Positions 25,272-36,362 of a stretch of DNA of 64,000 bases are shown piece by piece. Every line of letters starts with the position of its first letter. Within the stretch, counting starts at the first letter, position 1. Both the position numbers and the translations under genes were made by a program. Under the pieces are notes generated by a model. The model searched no databases, was not told the DNA's origin, and saw only the letters and a program-made list of their open reading frames with translations. This stretch comes from an uncultured Gemmatimonadales bacterium (GTDB lineage: Bacteria > Gemmatimonadota > Gemmatimonadetes > Gemmatimonadales > GWC2-71-9), in contig CAVUAK010000002.1 of assembly GCA_963739455.1 (NCBI GenBank), positions 96,001 through 160,000 on the forward strand. Direction: 5' to 3'.

Positions 25272-26616
25272 GCGCCAGGTCGCCGATGTGTTCGAGACGG
25301 ACGAGCGTGACACCCGGCGTCGCCAGCGACGCCTGCGACGCGCCGAAGACGCGGGTAAAGCCGAGTCGCGCCGCCTCGGCCACGCGCCGCTCGAGGCCCG
25401 CGGTGGGCCGGACCTCGCCGCCAAGACCGATTTCGCCGAGGAAGAGGGCGTCGGCCGGCGCCGGCCGGTTGTGGAGGCTGGAGAGGAGTGCCGCGGCAAT
25501 CGCCATGTCGGCGCCGGGTTCCACCAGCCGCACGCCGGCGGTGGCCTGCACGAAGACGTCGAGGTCGGCGAAGGAAATCCCGGCGCGGCGTTCGAGCACG
25601 GCGAGCAGCACGGCGAGCCGACGTGGGTCGAAACCGGTGGCGACCCGCTGCGGGGTGCCGTAGCCGGCGCGCGCGGCGAGCGCCTGCACCTCGACGAGCA
25701 CGGGACGCGTGCCTTCCATCAGCGCCGTGACCGCGCTGCCACTTACGTTGGCTGCCCGCGCCGCCAGGAAGAGCGCCGACGGGTTCGCGACCGGCACCAG
25801 CCCCTGCTCGGACATCGTGAACACGCCGAGCTCGTCGACCGGACCGAAGCGATTCTTGGTGGCGCGGAGCAGGCGGTAGTCGAGGGAGGTCTCACCCTCG
25901 AAGTAGAGCACCGTGTCCACGATGTGCTCCAGCGTCTTGGGACCGGCGATGCCACCGCCCTTGGTCACGTGACCGACCACGAGCACGGCCGTGCCCGAGT
26001 CCTTGGCGTAGCGCATCAGGATGCCGGCACACTCGCGCACCTGGCCCACGTTGCCGGGCGCGCTCTCGAGGGAATCGGTGGCGACGGTCTGGATGGAGTC
26101 GAGGACCAGCACATCGGCGCTGATGGAAGCCGCTGCCTCGAGGATGGCCTCGAGCCGCGTTTCACCGATGGCGTGCACCGCCCCGGCGCCGCCGCCGAGT
26201 CGCTCGGCCCGCAGCTGCAGCTGTTCCGTGGATTCTTCGCCGCTGGCGTAGAGCACGATGCGGCCCGACTGCTCCAGTCGCGCGGCCGCCTGCAGCAGCA
26301 GCGTGGACTTGCCGATGCCCGGCTCGCCGCCGATGAGCGTCAGGGAGCCGGGCACGAACCCGCCGCCCACCACGAAGTCGAGCTCCTTCAGTCCGGTGCG
26401 CCATCGCTCCAATGGCGTCGCCGACACGTCCCGCAATCGTTGCGGCTGCACGAACGCGTGCCCCGCCCTTCCCGCCTTCCCGCCCTCCCCGCCTTGGACG
26501 ACCACCGGCTCTTCCGCCACCGCGTTCCAGGCCCCGCACCCCTCGCACCGCCCAGCCCACTTCGGGTGCTCGTGGCCGCACTCGGTGCAGCGGTAGACGG
26601 AGCGCGGCTTCGCCAC
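25255..26616 (-). CDS. radA: DNA repair protein RadA/Sms
   Basis: CTEC...CEGC zinc finger, GEPGIGKST and KNRFG. Confidence 0.96.
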   Translation of the reverse strand: MAKPRSVYRCTECGHEHPKWAGRCEGCGAWNAVAEEPVVVQGGEGGKAGRAGHAFVQPQRLRDVSATPLERWRTGLKELDFVVGGGFVPGSLTLIGGEPGIGKSTLLLQAAARLEQSGRIVLYASGEESTEQLQLRAERLGGGAGAVHAIGETRLEAILEAAASISADVLVLDSIQTVATDSLESAPGNVGQVRECAGILMRYAKDSGTAVLVVGHVTKGGGIAGPKTLEHIVDTVLYFEGETSLDYRLLRATKNRFGPVDELGVFTMSEQGLVPVANPSALFLAARAANVSGSAVTALMEGTRPVLVEVQALAARAGYGTPQRVATGFDPRRLAVLLAVLERRAGISFADLDVFVQATAGVRLVEPGADMAIAAALLSSLHNRPAPADALFLGEIGLGGEVRPTAGLERRVAEAARLGFTRVFGASQASLATPGVTLVRLEHIGDLARALAA

Positions 26617-27995
26617 TATTCCCCCTCTTCGCGCTGCGTCAGGTTGTCGAAGCGGGTGTACTCGCGGTTGAAGCGCAGGTGGATGTCGCCGGTCGGGCCG
26701 TTGCGGTGCTTCGCCAGCATGATCTCGGCCATTCCCTTCTTCGCCTCGTCTTCCCGGTCGTAGTACTCCGGCCGGTGGATGAAGATCACGAGGTCGGCGT
26801 CCTGCTCGATGGCGCCCGAGTCGCGCAGGTCGGAGAGGATCGGCTTCCGGTCGCCGCCGCGCTGCTCCGAGGCTCGGCTACAGCTGCGACAGCGCGATCA
26901 CCGGGATGCTCGAGCTCCTGCGCCAGCCCCTTGAGCGACCGCGAGATGTCGGAGATCTCCTGCACCCGGTTGTCGGCGTACTCCGGGCTCCGCATCAGCT
27001 GCAGGTAGTCCACCACGATCATCTGGATGTCGCTGTCCGCCTTGAGCCGCCGCGCCTTGGAGCGCATCTCGAGCAGCGTCAGCGCCGGGGTGTCGTCGAT
27101 CCAGACCGGGCAGCTCTGCAGCACGCCCGCCGCGCGCGCCAGCTTGGTGAAGTCGAAGTCGCGCAGCATGCCCTCGCCGAACCAGCGAGCTGTCCACCCG
27201 CGCCTCGGCGGTGAGCATGCGCTGCACCAGCGCTTCCTTCGACATTTCCAGCGAGAAGATCGCGACCCCGAATCCCTCGACCGCGGCGTGCGTCGCGATG
27301 TTGAGCAGAACGCCGTCTTGCCCATCGACGGCCGCGCCGCGACGATCGACGAGTTCCGACGGCTGGAAGCCCGACGTCAGGTTGTCCAAGTCTGCGAAGC
27401 CGCTCGGCACTCCGGTAATCGATTTGCCACTCTTCTGGAGCGTTTCGATGCGCTCCATCGTGGGCCACAGCATTTCCTTGAGCCGGGTGAACCCCTCCTC
27501 GCGCTCGCTGCTGGCTCATCTGGAAGATCCGCGACTCCGCCACGTCGAGCAGCTCGTTCGCCGTCGTGTGCCCGTCGTAGGCCTCGGTGATGATGCCGGT
27601 CGCCGTCTCGATCAGGCGGCGCAGGATCGCCTTGTCCTGGACGATCCGCGCGTGGTACTCGAGGTTGGCCGCGGTGGGAACGACGTCGACCAGTTCGGCG
27701 AGGTAGTCGTAGCCGCCGACCGCCTCCAGTTCGCCGCGGCGGTCGAGCTCGTCGCGCAGCGTGACGTGGTCGATGACGCTGCGGCGCTCGGTGAGGCCAC
27801 CATGGCGCGGAAGAGGCGGCGGTGCGCCTCCTGGTAGAACATCTCGTCGTTGAGCAGCTGCGCGCCCGAGAGCGCCGCGTCCTGGTCGAGCAGCATGGCG
27901 CCGAGCACGGCCTGCTCGGCCTCGTTGCTCCAGGGCACGGAGCGCCCGGCGAAGGTGTCAGCGGTCGAGGAGCTGGCGGGCGATACGGACGTCAT
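26616..27995 (-). CDS. dnaB: Replicative DNA helicase (many indels)
   Basis: [27 protein letters not shown] and KHRNGPTG across frames. Confidence 0.92.
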
Positions 27996-28777
27996 CCCAG
28001 GTCGGCTTCTTCCAGTTCGGGTTGCGCAGCAGCGCCGCGGGGTGGTAGGTCACCACCAGCGGGATGCCGTTCCAGCGATGCACCTTGCCCCGCAGTTCGC
28101 CGAGGCTCTTCCTGACGCCCAGCATCCCCTCGGCGGCCGTGCTGCCGAGCGCGATCAGCACCTTCGGCCTGACCAGCGCGATCTGCCGGTGGAGATACGG
28201 CAGGCAGGCCGCCATCTCGTCTGGCAGCGGCTTCCGGTTCTGCGGCGGCCGGCACTTCACGATGTTCGCGATGAAGGTCGTCGGCCGCGGGCACTCGATC
28301 GAGTCGAGGATCTTGTCGAGCAGCTCGCCGGCCTGGCCGACGAACGGGCGGCCGGTCTCGTCCTCGGTCGCGCCCGGACCCTCGCCCACCAGCATCAGGC
28401 GCGCGGTCGGATCGCCCTCACCGGGCACCGTCCTCGTGCGCGTTTCGCAGAGCGCGCACTGCCGGCAGGCCGCGATCAGCTCGGCCACGGCGCCCAGCGA
28501 GTCCCGCATCGCCGAGCGGATCCCCCAATATGGCAGGAAGCTCGGTCACGATTGTGAGCCCGGGGCCCGGGATCGGCGGGCGCGCTCGTCTCGCCACTTG
28601 GCGGATGCCGTGGAAACCAGCTCCAGTCTCGCTGGCCTTGCTTCTACCGGCTGCAGACTCTCTGCCGACTGCCTGACTGACGACTGTCCGCTCAGCCACC
28701 GGCATCACGACCTCGGCACCACCCAGCTCCACCTGCTGCGCGAGGTATCGACGCCTCAGCTCCTCGCGCTCAGCCAA
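27958..28777 (-). CDS. Family-4 uracil-DNA glycosylase (indel in the N-terminal linker)
   Basis: CRQC, GEGPG, PFVG, KCRPP and YHPAALLR. Confidence 0.88.
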
Positions 28778-29975
28778 GGCGCGCCTCGACCGCGTCGAGG
28801 ATCGCCTCGGCCACCTCGCGCTTCGATGCGAGCGGCACAATGGTGCAGCTGCCGTCCCGCGCCAGGATCGCCACCCGGTTGGTGTCCACCTCGAAGCCCG
28901 CGCCCGGCTCGAGCGCATCGTTCACCACGATGAGGTCGAGCTCCTTCCGCTCCAGCTTCTGTCGCCCCTTCGCGAGCGCGTCCCCGGTCTCCAGCGCAAA
29001 GCCGACGATGATGCTGTCGGCGCGCCGCGCATCGCGCGTTGCCCGCAGGATGTCGACGGTCGGCTCCATCGGGAATGCCAGAGCCCCATCGACCCGCGGC
29101 CGCTTGGCGTCGCTGACTTCGCTCGGCCGGTAGTCGGCCGGCGCGGCGGCCATGATCAGCACGTCCGCCCCCGGCAGCGCCTCGCGCACCGCCTGCTCCA
29201 GCTCGGCCGTGGACTCGACCCGCGTCACCTGCACGCCGACCGGCACGTCGAGCATGACCGGCCCGGTGATCAGCTGCGACATCGGCGCCGCGCTCCCACG
29301 CCGCCTCGGCCAGCCGATAGCCCATCTTGCCGCTCGAACGATTGGTGACCACCCGCACCGGATCGATCGGCTCGCGGGTCGGCCCGGCGGTGACCACCAC
29401 GCGCTTGCCGTCGAGCCGGCCGCCCCGGCGCAGCAGCCGCGCGGCGTGGGCCGAGGATCATCTCGGGCTCGCTCATCCGGCCCGGCCGGCTCGACGGCCC
29501 CTCGGCCAGCGCCCCGATCTCGGGCCCGACGACGGCGACGCCGCGCCGCTCGAGCAGCGCCAGGTTCACCTGCGTCTGTGGATGGGCGAACATCTCGTCG
29601 TTCATGGCGGGCGCGAGCAAGCACCGGCACCGGTGGCGCGCCAGCAGGAGGCTGGTGAGCACGTCATCGGCCAGGCCCTGCGCCATGCGGGCGATGAGCT
29701 GCGCCGTGGCCGGCGCCACGATCACGAGGTCGGCCTGCTGGCCCCAGCGGACATGCTCGAGCGCCGCGCTCGCGCTCCCAGAGCGAGATCAGGACCGGGC
29801 GGCCGGTCAGTGCCTCGAAGGTGAGCGGCCGCACGAACTCCGCGGCGGACCGGGTCAGGACCACATCGACCCGCGCGCCCGCTTCGGTGAGGCGCCGGGC
29901 GAGATAGCAGCTCTTGTAGCAGGCGATCCCGCCCGACACGCCGAGGACGACGTGCCGGCCGGCCCACACCGTCAC
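28770..29975 (-). CDS. coaBC: Bifunctional phosphopantothenoylcysteine decarboxylase/ligase (several indels)
   Basis: [36 protein letters not shown] and GFALET. Confidence 0.92.
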
Positions 29976-30184
29976 GCCTCGGAGCGGCGGCGGCGCATCA
30001 GCTTGTAGTTGAGGTCTCCCTCGGCCAGCTCCTCGAGCGAGCGTGGTGGTGAGCTTCTCTCTCCATCTGGAGATGGTCCTTGGGGAAGTCATTCAGGTAG
30101 CGGGCAAACTTCGCCGCCACGAGCACGCCGAGATACTTGTTGCCGGCCTGCTTGGCCACTTCCATCCGGGGTGAAGATCCGCAT
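29972..30184 (-). CDS. rpoZ: RNA polymerase omega subunit (indels)
   Basis: MRIFTP...GNKYLGVLVAAKFAR; sits between gmk and coaBC. Confidence 0.75.
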
Positions 30185-30211
30185 CGTGCTGCTCTCCTTG
30201 CGATCCTGCGT

Positions 30212-30864
30212 TCACGGCCGGTGCCTGCGCGCTTCCGGCTCGACCGCCTGCCGGAGTTCCTGCAACGTAGCCCGACAAGGTTCGGCCAGTCGCTATGCCC
30301 GCCGCGACTCGGCGTCGACGATGGCATCCGACCTGCTGCACCGCGTGCTCCAGGTCGTCGTTGACGACCACGTAGTCGTACTCACCGCGGCGAGCATCTC
30401 GTCCGCCGCGCGCTCGAGCCGGCGCCGGCGCGCCTCGGGCGTCTCCGTGTTCCGCCCCCCGAGCCGCTCGGCCAGCGACGCCGCCGACGGCGGCAGCACG
30501 AAGACCTGCACCGCGCTCGCGCGATCTGCCGCGCACCTGCCGCGCACCCTGCGACCTCGATGTCGAGCACCACGTGCCGCCCCGCCTGCGAGCACCCGCT
30601 CGATCTCGGCCGCGCAGCGTGCCGTACCGGTTGCCGCCGTACTCCGCCCACTCGAGGAACTCACCGGCCTCGACGCGGCGCTCGAACTCCTCGCGCGGCA
30701 GGAAGTGGTAGTGCTCGCCCGTCCTGCTCGCCCGGCCGCGGCGACCGCGTCGTGGCCGAGATCGAGTACCCCAGGTCGGTCCGCTGCCCGCACGCAGCTC
30801 GCCGCGCGATGGTCGTCTTGCCGCCGCCCGAGGGCGAGGACAGCACCAGGAGGAAGGGCGTCAC
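30212..30864 (-). CDS. gmk: Guanylate kinase (heavily frameshifted; 3' end uncertain)
   Basis: [35 protein letters not shown] and YVVVNDDL fragments. Confidence 0.85.
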
Positions 30865-31730
30865 TCGAGGTTCTCGAGCTGCTCGCGGAACTTCTCGAGT
30901 TCGCCCTTCATCGCGATGACCGCCTGCTGGATCGATCGCGTCGTTGGCCTTCGAGCCCATCGTGTTCACTTCGCGGCCGAGTTCCTGCGCCAGGAAGCCC
31001 GAGCTGCTTGCCGACCGGCTGGTCGCCCGTCGAGCGCGGCGCGGCACGCCACGAGGTGCTGCCGGAACCGCACCAGCTCCTCGGTGATGTCCAGCTTGTC
31101 GGCCAGGAAGGCGATCTCCTGCGCCAGCCGCTGGTCATCGAGCGGCCGGCCGGCCAGGAGCTGCGTCACCGACGCCTGCAGCCGGTCGCGTTCGCGCACC
31201 AGCCGGTCCGGCGCCCGCTCCGCAATGATCGCGGCACTCGCCTCGACCGCCGGTCAAGCCGTGCCAGCAGGTCGGCGGCCAGCGCCGCACCTTCCCGCGC
31301 GCGCATCGCCCGGCACTCGGCGGCGGCGCGTGCGACGATCGGCTCCAGCTCGGCGAACGCAATTTCCGTCGCCTCGGCACTGCGGCTCACGAGCACCTCG
31401 GGCTGCCGCGCCACCAGCTCCAGCGTCACCTCGCCGGAGAGGTTGAGCGCCGACTTCAGCTCACGCAAGCGGCCCGCTGCCGCCTCGGCGCGCGGCAGGT
31501 CGATGGCCAGCGTCGCTTCGCGCTCCGGATACTCGGTCCAGCGGACCGAGACCGCGACATGACCGCGATCGAGGTCCCTGCGCACCCGCTCGCGCAGCTC
31601 CGCCTTCCAGCGCGGCCAGATCGCCCGGGAGCTTGGGCGCGAGGTTGAAGAACCGATGGTTGACGGTGCGGATCTCGATCCGCAGGCGCCCGCCGCCCGC
31701 CGCGCCCTCCGCCGCTCCGAACCCCGTCAT
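30861..31730 (-). CDS. YicC/YloC-family endoribonuclease (several indels)
   Basis: [19 protein letters not shown] and [10 protein letters not shown]. Confidence 0.88.
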
Positions 31731-31886
31731 GCTGTGCGGCAAGCCCGACCCCCGTTCGTGGGAAAGCGGGGAAAGATAGCGTCCAGAGCGACCCGCTGGT
31801 AGGCTCGGACCTTGCGCGGTGCGGCTTTGCCGGTCGATTGTGTAAGTGATCTGCACTGAAGTGCGATTAGGACAGGCACGACTGAA

Positions 31887-33743
31887 CTAGTTCAGGAACC
31901 CCCAGCGGATGCCGAAGATGGTCGCGAGCGGCTGGACCGGAAACCCGGGGACATAGCCGGGGCCCTCGGAGAGCAGGTTGGCCCTGGAGAAGTACACCGC
32001 AAAGCTCTGGATCCTGAGCTCGATCAGCGTTTCCAGGTACATCTGCGATGGTAATGCCAACAGGGATTCGTCCGGCCGAAGCCCAAGTACCCCGGCACTC
32101 CACCGCTCGAATCCGAGCGACGCCTTCAGGTCGAAAGCTCCGCTCGGGAACTTGCGGAGGAATCGCGAACGCACCGTCGCCAGCACCCGCGAATGCTCGG
32201 GTGGCTGGCCGAGCGGAGCGTTCTTGATCGCACTCGAGTACCACGCATCTACCGAAAGCCAGTTTGTGGGGCTGATCCGTCCCCGCGCCTGGAACCAGTT
32301 GGTCGTCAATGACGGGGCAATGGTGGCCACGACGAGCTGGGTCTGCTGGTACGCCATCGGGTCGAAGCCAGCGGTGCGAATGATTCCCACCTCAACTCCG
32401 AGCAGGCGGCTGTCCCAGCCGACACTCGCCGATCCCTCGAGAATGGACTGCGCGGTATCGAGTTCGATACTCGGTATCTGCACCACCGAGCCGACACGCG
32501 CGCTGCCACGAAGCATCAGGTGGCTGAACGGCGAGATCGAGGCTTGCGCGCCCACCCAGGCATTCGAGCGACTCGCCGACAGCACCTGATACCCGGCGTT
32601 CGCATTGATCCCGATGCGCGCTGATGGCGTCCAGCCGGCCGTGGCACCGAAATCCAGCATCGTCCACCGAGTGCGGTAGGCCGCCGATGCCGTCGCACTC
32701 ATGGTGGGCGTGCGCCACGTCGCGTTCGCCGTCACCGACCCGATAGTCTGCTTGATCGTGTCGTTGTTGAACGCCGTCCGCGCAAACGTCAGGTCGAGGC
32801 CCGGCCCGAGGCCGTCGTCGCGCTTCCGGAGGAAGCCTCGCAGGAACGCGTCGCTGCGGCCGCCGCTCGTGCCGAGTACGATGCCCCCGGTGGACTGAGA
32901 AAGATCGTCCTTCCGTTTCGGCGACGACGTGACGTACTGCGCGACCAGCCCGTACCGGGGCGAGGGCACGTAGCTGACCTGGGCCCACGCCTGAGTATTG
33001 AGGTAGAAACTCCCGGTACTGTTGTTGAGTCGGCCGCTGTTGTAGTAGTCGGCCGCGATGCCGAATCCCACCTTGTTGAGCGAGCGTTTCTCCAGCTGCG
33101 CCTGGAACTGGGTGAGGCTGTTGCTGCCTCGTCCCAGCCCGATCAGCGAGCGCGGCGCCACGCGCTCGTGACGGCGCGAATAGAGGAACACCCGCAGCTG
33201 GCCGGGCCACGGCTCGATCTCCACCCGCTCGAGCAGGCTGAGCGCGAAGATTGAGGGATCGACGGCAACACTGTCGGCGCCGACCGCAACATACGGCAGG
33301 CCATCGAGGAAGTACTCGACCGAGGCAGCACCACGACCGTGAAAGTTCGGAAGCGTCGCGCTGCCAAGCCACCCGGTGCGCCACAGGTAGGCGCCGGGCA
33401 CCAGCGCCACCAGGTCGCCCAGCGTGTGGGCCATCGCCCAGTCCATCGAGTCACGGGTGAAGACGATTCGCGCGCCGACCGCGCGCGGCCCTTCGGCGCC
33501 GACGTACGGAATCGGCGGGACCCACGTGTCGTTCTTGGAGGTTGCGGTGAGATAGCGCTCTGTCTGGATCGACTGGCGGCGGGCCACGGAATCAGCCCGG
33601 AGGGAGTCGGCCCGGATCGAGTCCGCGCGCACGCTGTCCGCCAGGAGCTGCACCTGCGCATGCAGCGGTGCGGCGACCAGCAAGAGCAGCGCGGCAATCC
33701 AGTGTCGCGGGCTCAGGAGACGGCAGTGCGGCTCCGCGGCCAC
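31887..33743 (-). CDS. Outer-membrane protein with TonB-receptor-like plug and beta-barrel
   Basis: Signal peptide; plug-like LVPG...YFLDG...LERVEI; C-terminal FGIRWGFLN. Confidence 0.7.
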   Translation of the reverse strand: MAAEPHCRLLSPRHWIAALLLLVAAPLHAQVQLLADSVRADSIRADSLRADSVARRQSIQTERYLTATSKNDTWVPPIPYVGAEGPRAVGARIVFTRDSMDWAMAHTLGDLVALVPGAYLWRTGWLGSATLPNFHGRGAASVEYFLDGLPYVAVGADSVAVDPSIFALSLLERVEIEPWPGQLRVFLYSRRHERVAPRSLIGLGRGSNSLTQFQAQLEKRSLNKVGFGIAADYYNSGRLNNSTGSFYLNTQAWAQVSYVPSPRYGLVAQYVTSSPKRKDDLSQSTGGIVLGTSGGRSDAFLRGFLRKRDDGLGPGLDLTFARTAFNNDTIKQTIGSVTANATWRTPTMSATASAAYRTRWTMLDFGATAGWTPSARIGINANAGYQVLSASRSNAWVGAQASISPFSHLMLRGSARVGSVVQIPSIELDTAQSILEGSASVGWDSRLLGVEVGIIRTAGFDPMAYQQTQLVVATIAPSLTTNWFQARGRISPTNWLSVDAWYSSAIKNAPLGQPPEHSRVLATVRSRFLRKFPSGAFDLKASLGFERWSAGVLGLRPDESLLALPSQMYLETLIELRIQSFAVYFSRANLLSEGPGYVPGFPVQPLATIFGIRWGFLN

Positions 33744-33752
33744 GCTCGGGCG

Positions 33753-35239
<1,487 letters not shown>

Positions 35240-35257
35240 GGTCCTCTCGTACTGCGG

Positions 35258-36358
35258 TCAGAAGGTGCGTTCCTCCGGCCCGGCATACCTGGCGCGGGGC
35301 CGGATCAGTTCCGGGTCGCGTGACTGCTCGAGCGCATGCGCGATCCAGCCGGGGGTGCGGGCCACTGCAAAAAGTGGGGCAAAGGATGCCGGCGGCATGC
35401 CTGCCGCCAGGTAAACCACGGTCAGATAGTAATCGACATTGGCCCGGAGGCCGGTACGACTCCCAACGGCCGCCTCAACCGCCTGCGCCACCTCAAAGAT
35501 GGCCGTGGCACCGGTCGCCCTGCATGCAGCCTCGGCGAGGCGGCGCGCCGTCGGGGTTCGCGGATCTTCTCCCCGGTACACCGGATGCCCGAACCCCGCT
35601 GGCTTTCTTGCTCCCTGCGCCAGCTTCTCGACGACGCCGTGGGCGCGGTCAGGGGTTCCCACCTCTGCGAGAAGTCGCGCAACGGCCGGCGTATGACCGC
35701 TGTGCTTGGGACCGGATAGCGCACCCATTGCCGCCGTGACACAACTCGTCAGGTCGGCCCCGGTCGAGGCAGCCACGCGCGCTGCATACGTGCCGGGGTT
35801 GAGTTCGTTGTCGGCCCGGAGGATCAGCGCCGCGTCGAACGCGCGAACCAGTTCCGCCGCCGGCTCGACTCCGGTCGCGACGCGGAGGAAACCATGCGCC
35901 ACACCCTGTCGCCCCCACACCGGACCCGCATCGCCACTGCGCCGTAACCGCTGTCGCTCCGCGACAAGCGTCGGGACCTTCGCCAGCAAGCGCAGGACGT
36001 CGGGTGATACGCCCTCCGGGACCTCGACCGGCCTGGACGCCGCGAGCGACAAGCCACTCACCACAGTGCGGAGCACCGTGAGCTCATCGGCGTCCGGCGG
36101 CACCGACTTGAGCCAGCGCCGCTCCACGGCCGACAACCGCTGCGCCGCGAACCACGCTCGCTGAAATGCCTTGAGCTCCGCCCGGGACGGAAGCGCGCCC
36201 ATGACGAGAAGAAAGGCTACCTGCTCGAAGGTGGCGCGCTGTGCCAGCTCGTTGACGTCGTAACCACGATAGGTGAGTCGCCCGCGGTCGGCATCGAGAT
36301 GGCACACCCCCGACACGAGCTGCGCGGCGTCGGGGACAATTTCCGCAGGTGACTCCAT
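35258..36358 (-). CDS. Divergent citrate synthase/2-methylcitrate synthase family protein
   Basis: LTYRGY, GPKH, GFGHPVY, DPR, NVDY and LIRPRARY motifs. Confidence 0.85.
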   Translation of the reverse strand: MESPAEIVPDAAQLVSGVCHLDADRGRLTYRGYDVNELAQRATFEQVAFLLVMGALPSRAELKAFQRAWFAAQRLSAVERRWLKSVPPDADELTVLRTVVSGLSLAASRPVEVPEGVSPDVLRLLAKVPTLVAERQRLRRSGDAGPVWGRQGVAHGFLRVATGVEPAAELVRAFDAALILRADNELNPGTYAARVAASTGADLTSCVTAAMGALSGPKHSGHTPAVARLLAEVGTPDRAHGVVEKLAQGARKPAGFGHPVYRGEDPRTPTARRLAEAACRATGATAIFEVAQAVEAAVGSRTGLRANVDYYLTVVYLAAGMPPASFAPLFAVARTPGWIAHALEQSRDPELIRPRARYAGPEERTF

Positions 36359-36362
36359 CCTA

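Noticed and set aside
23922..25499. Apparent IspD-TsaC fusion
   Set aside because: The true IspD C-terminus (NLKVTTPEDL) is in another frame with its own stop, so this is an indel artefact.
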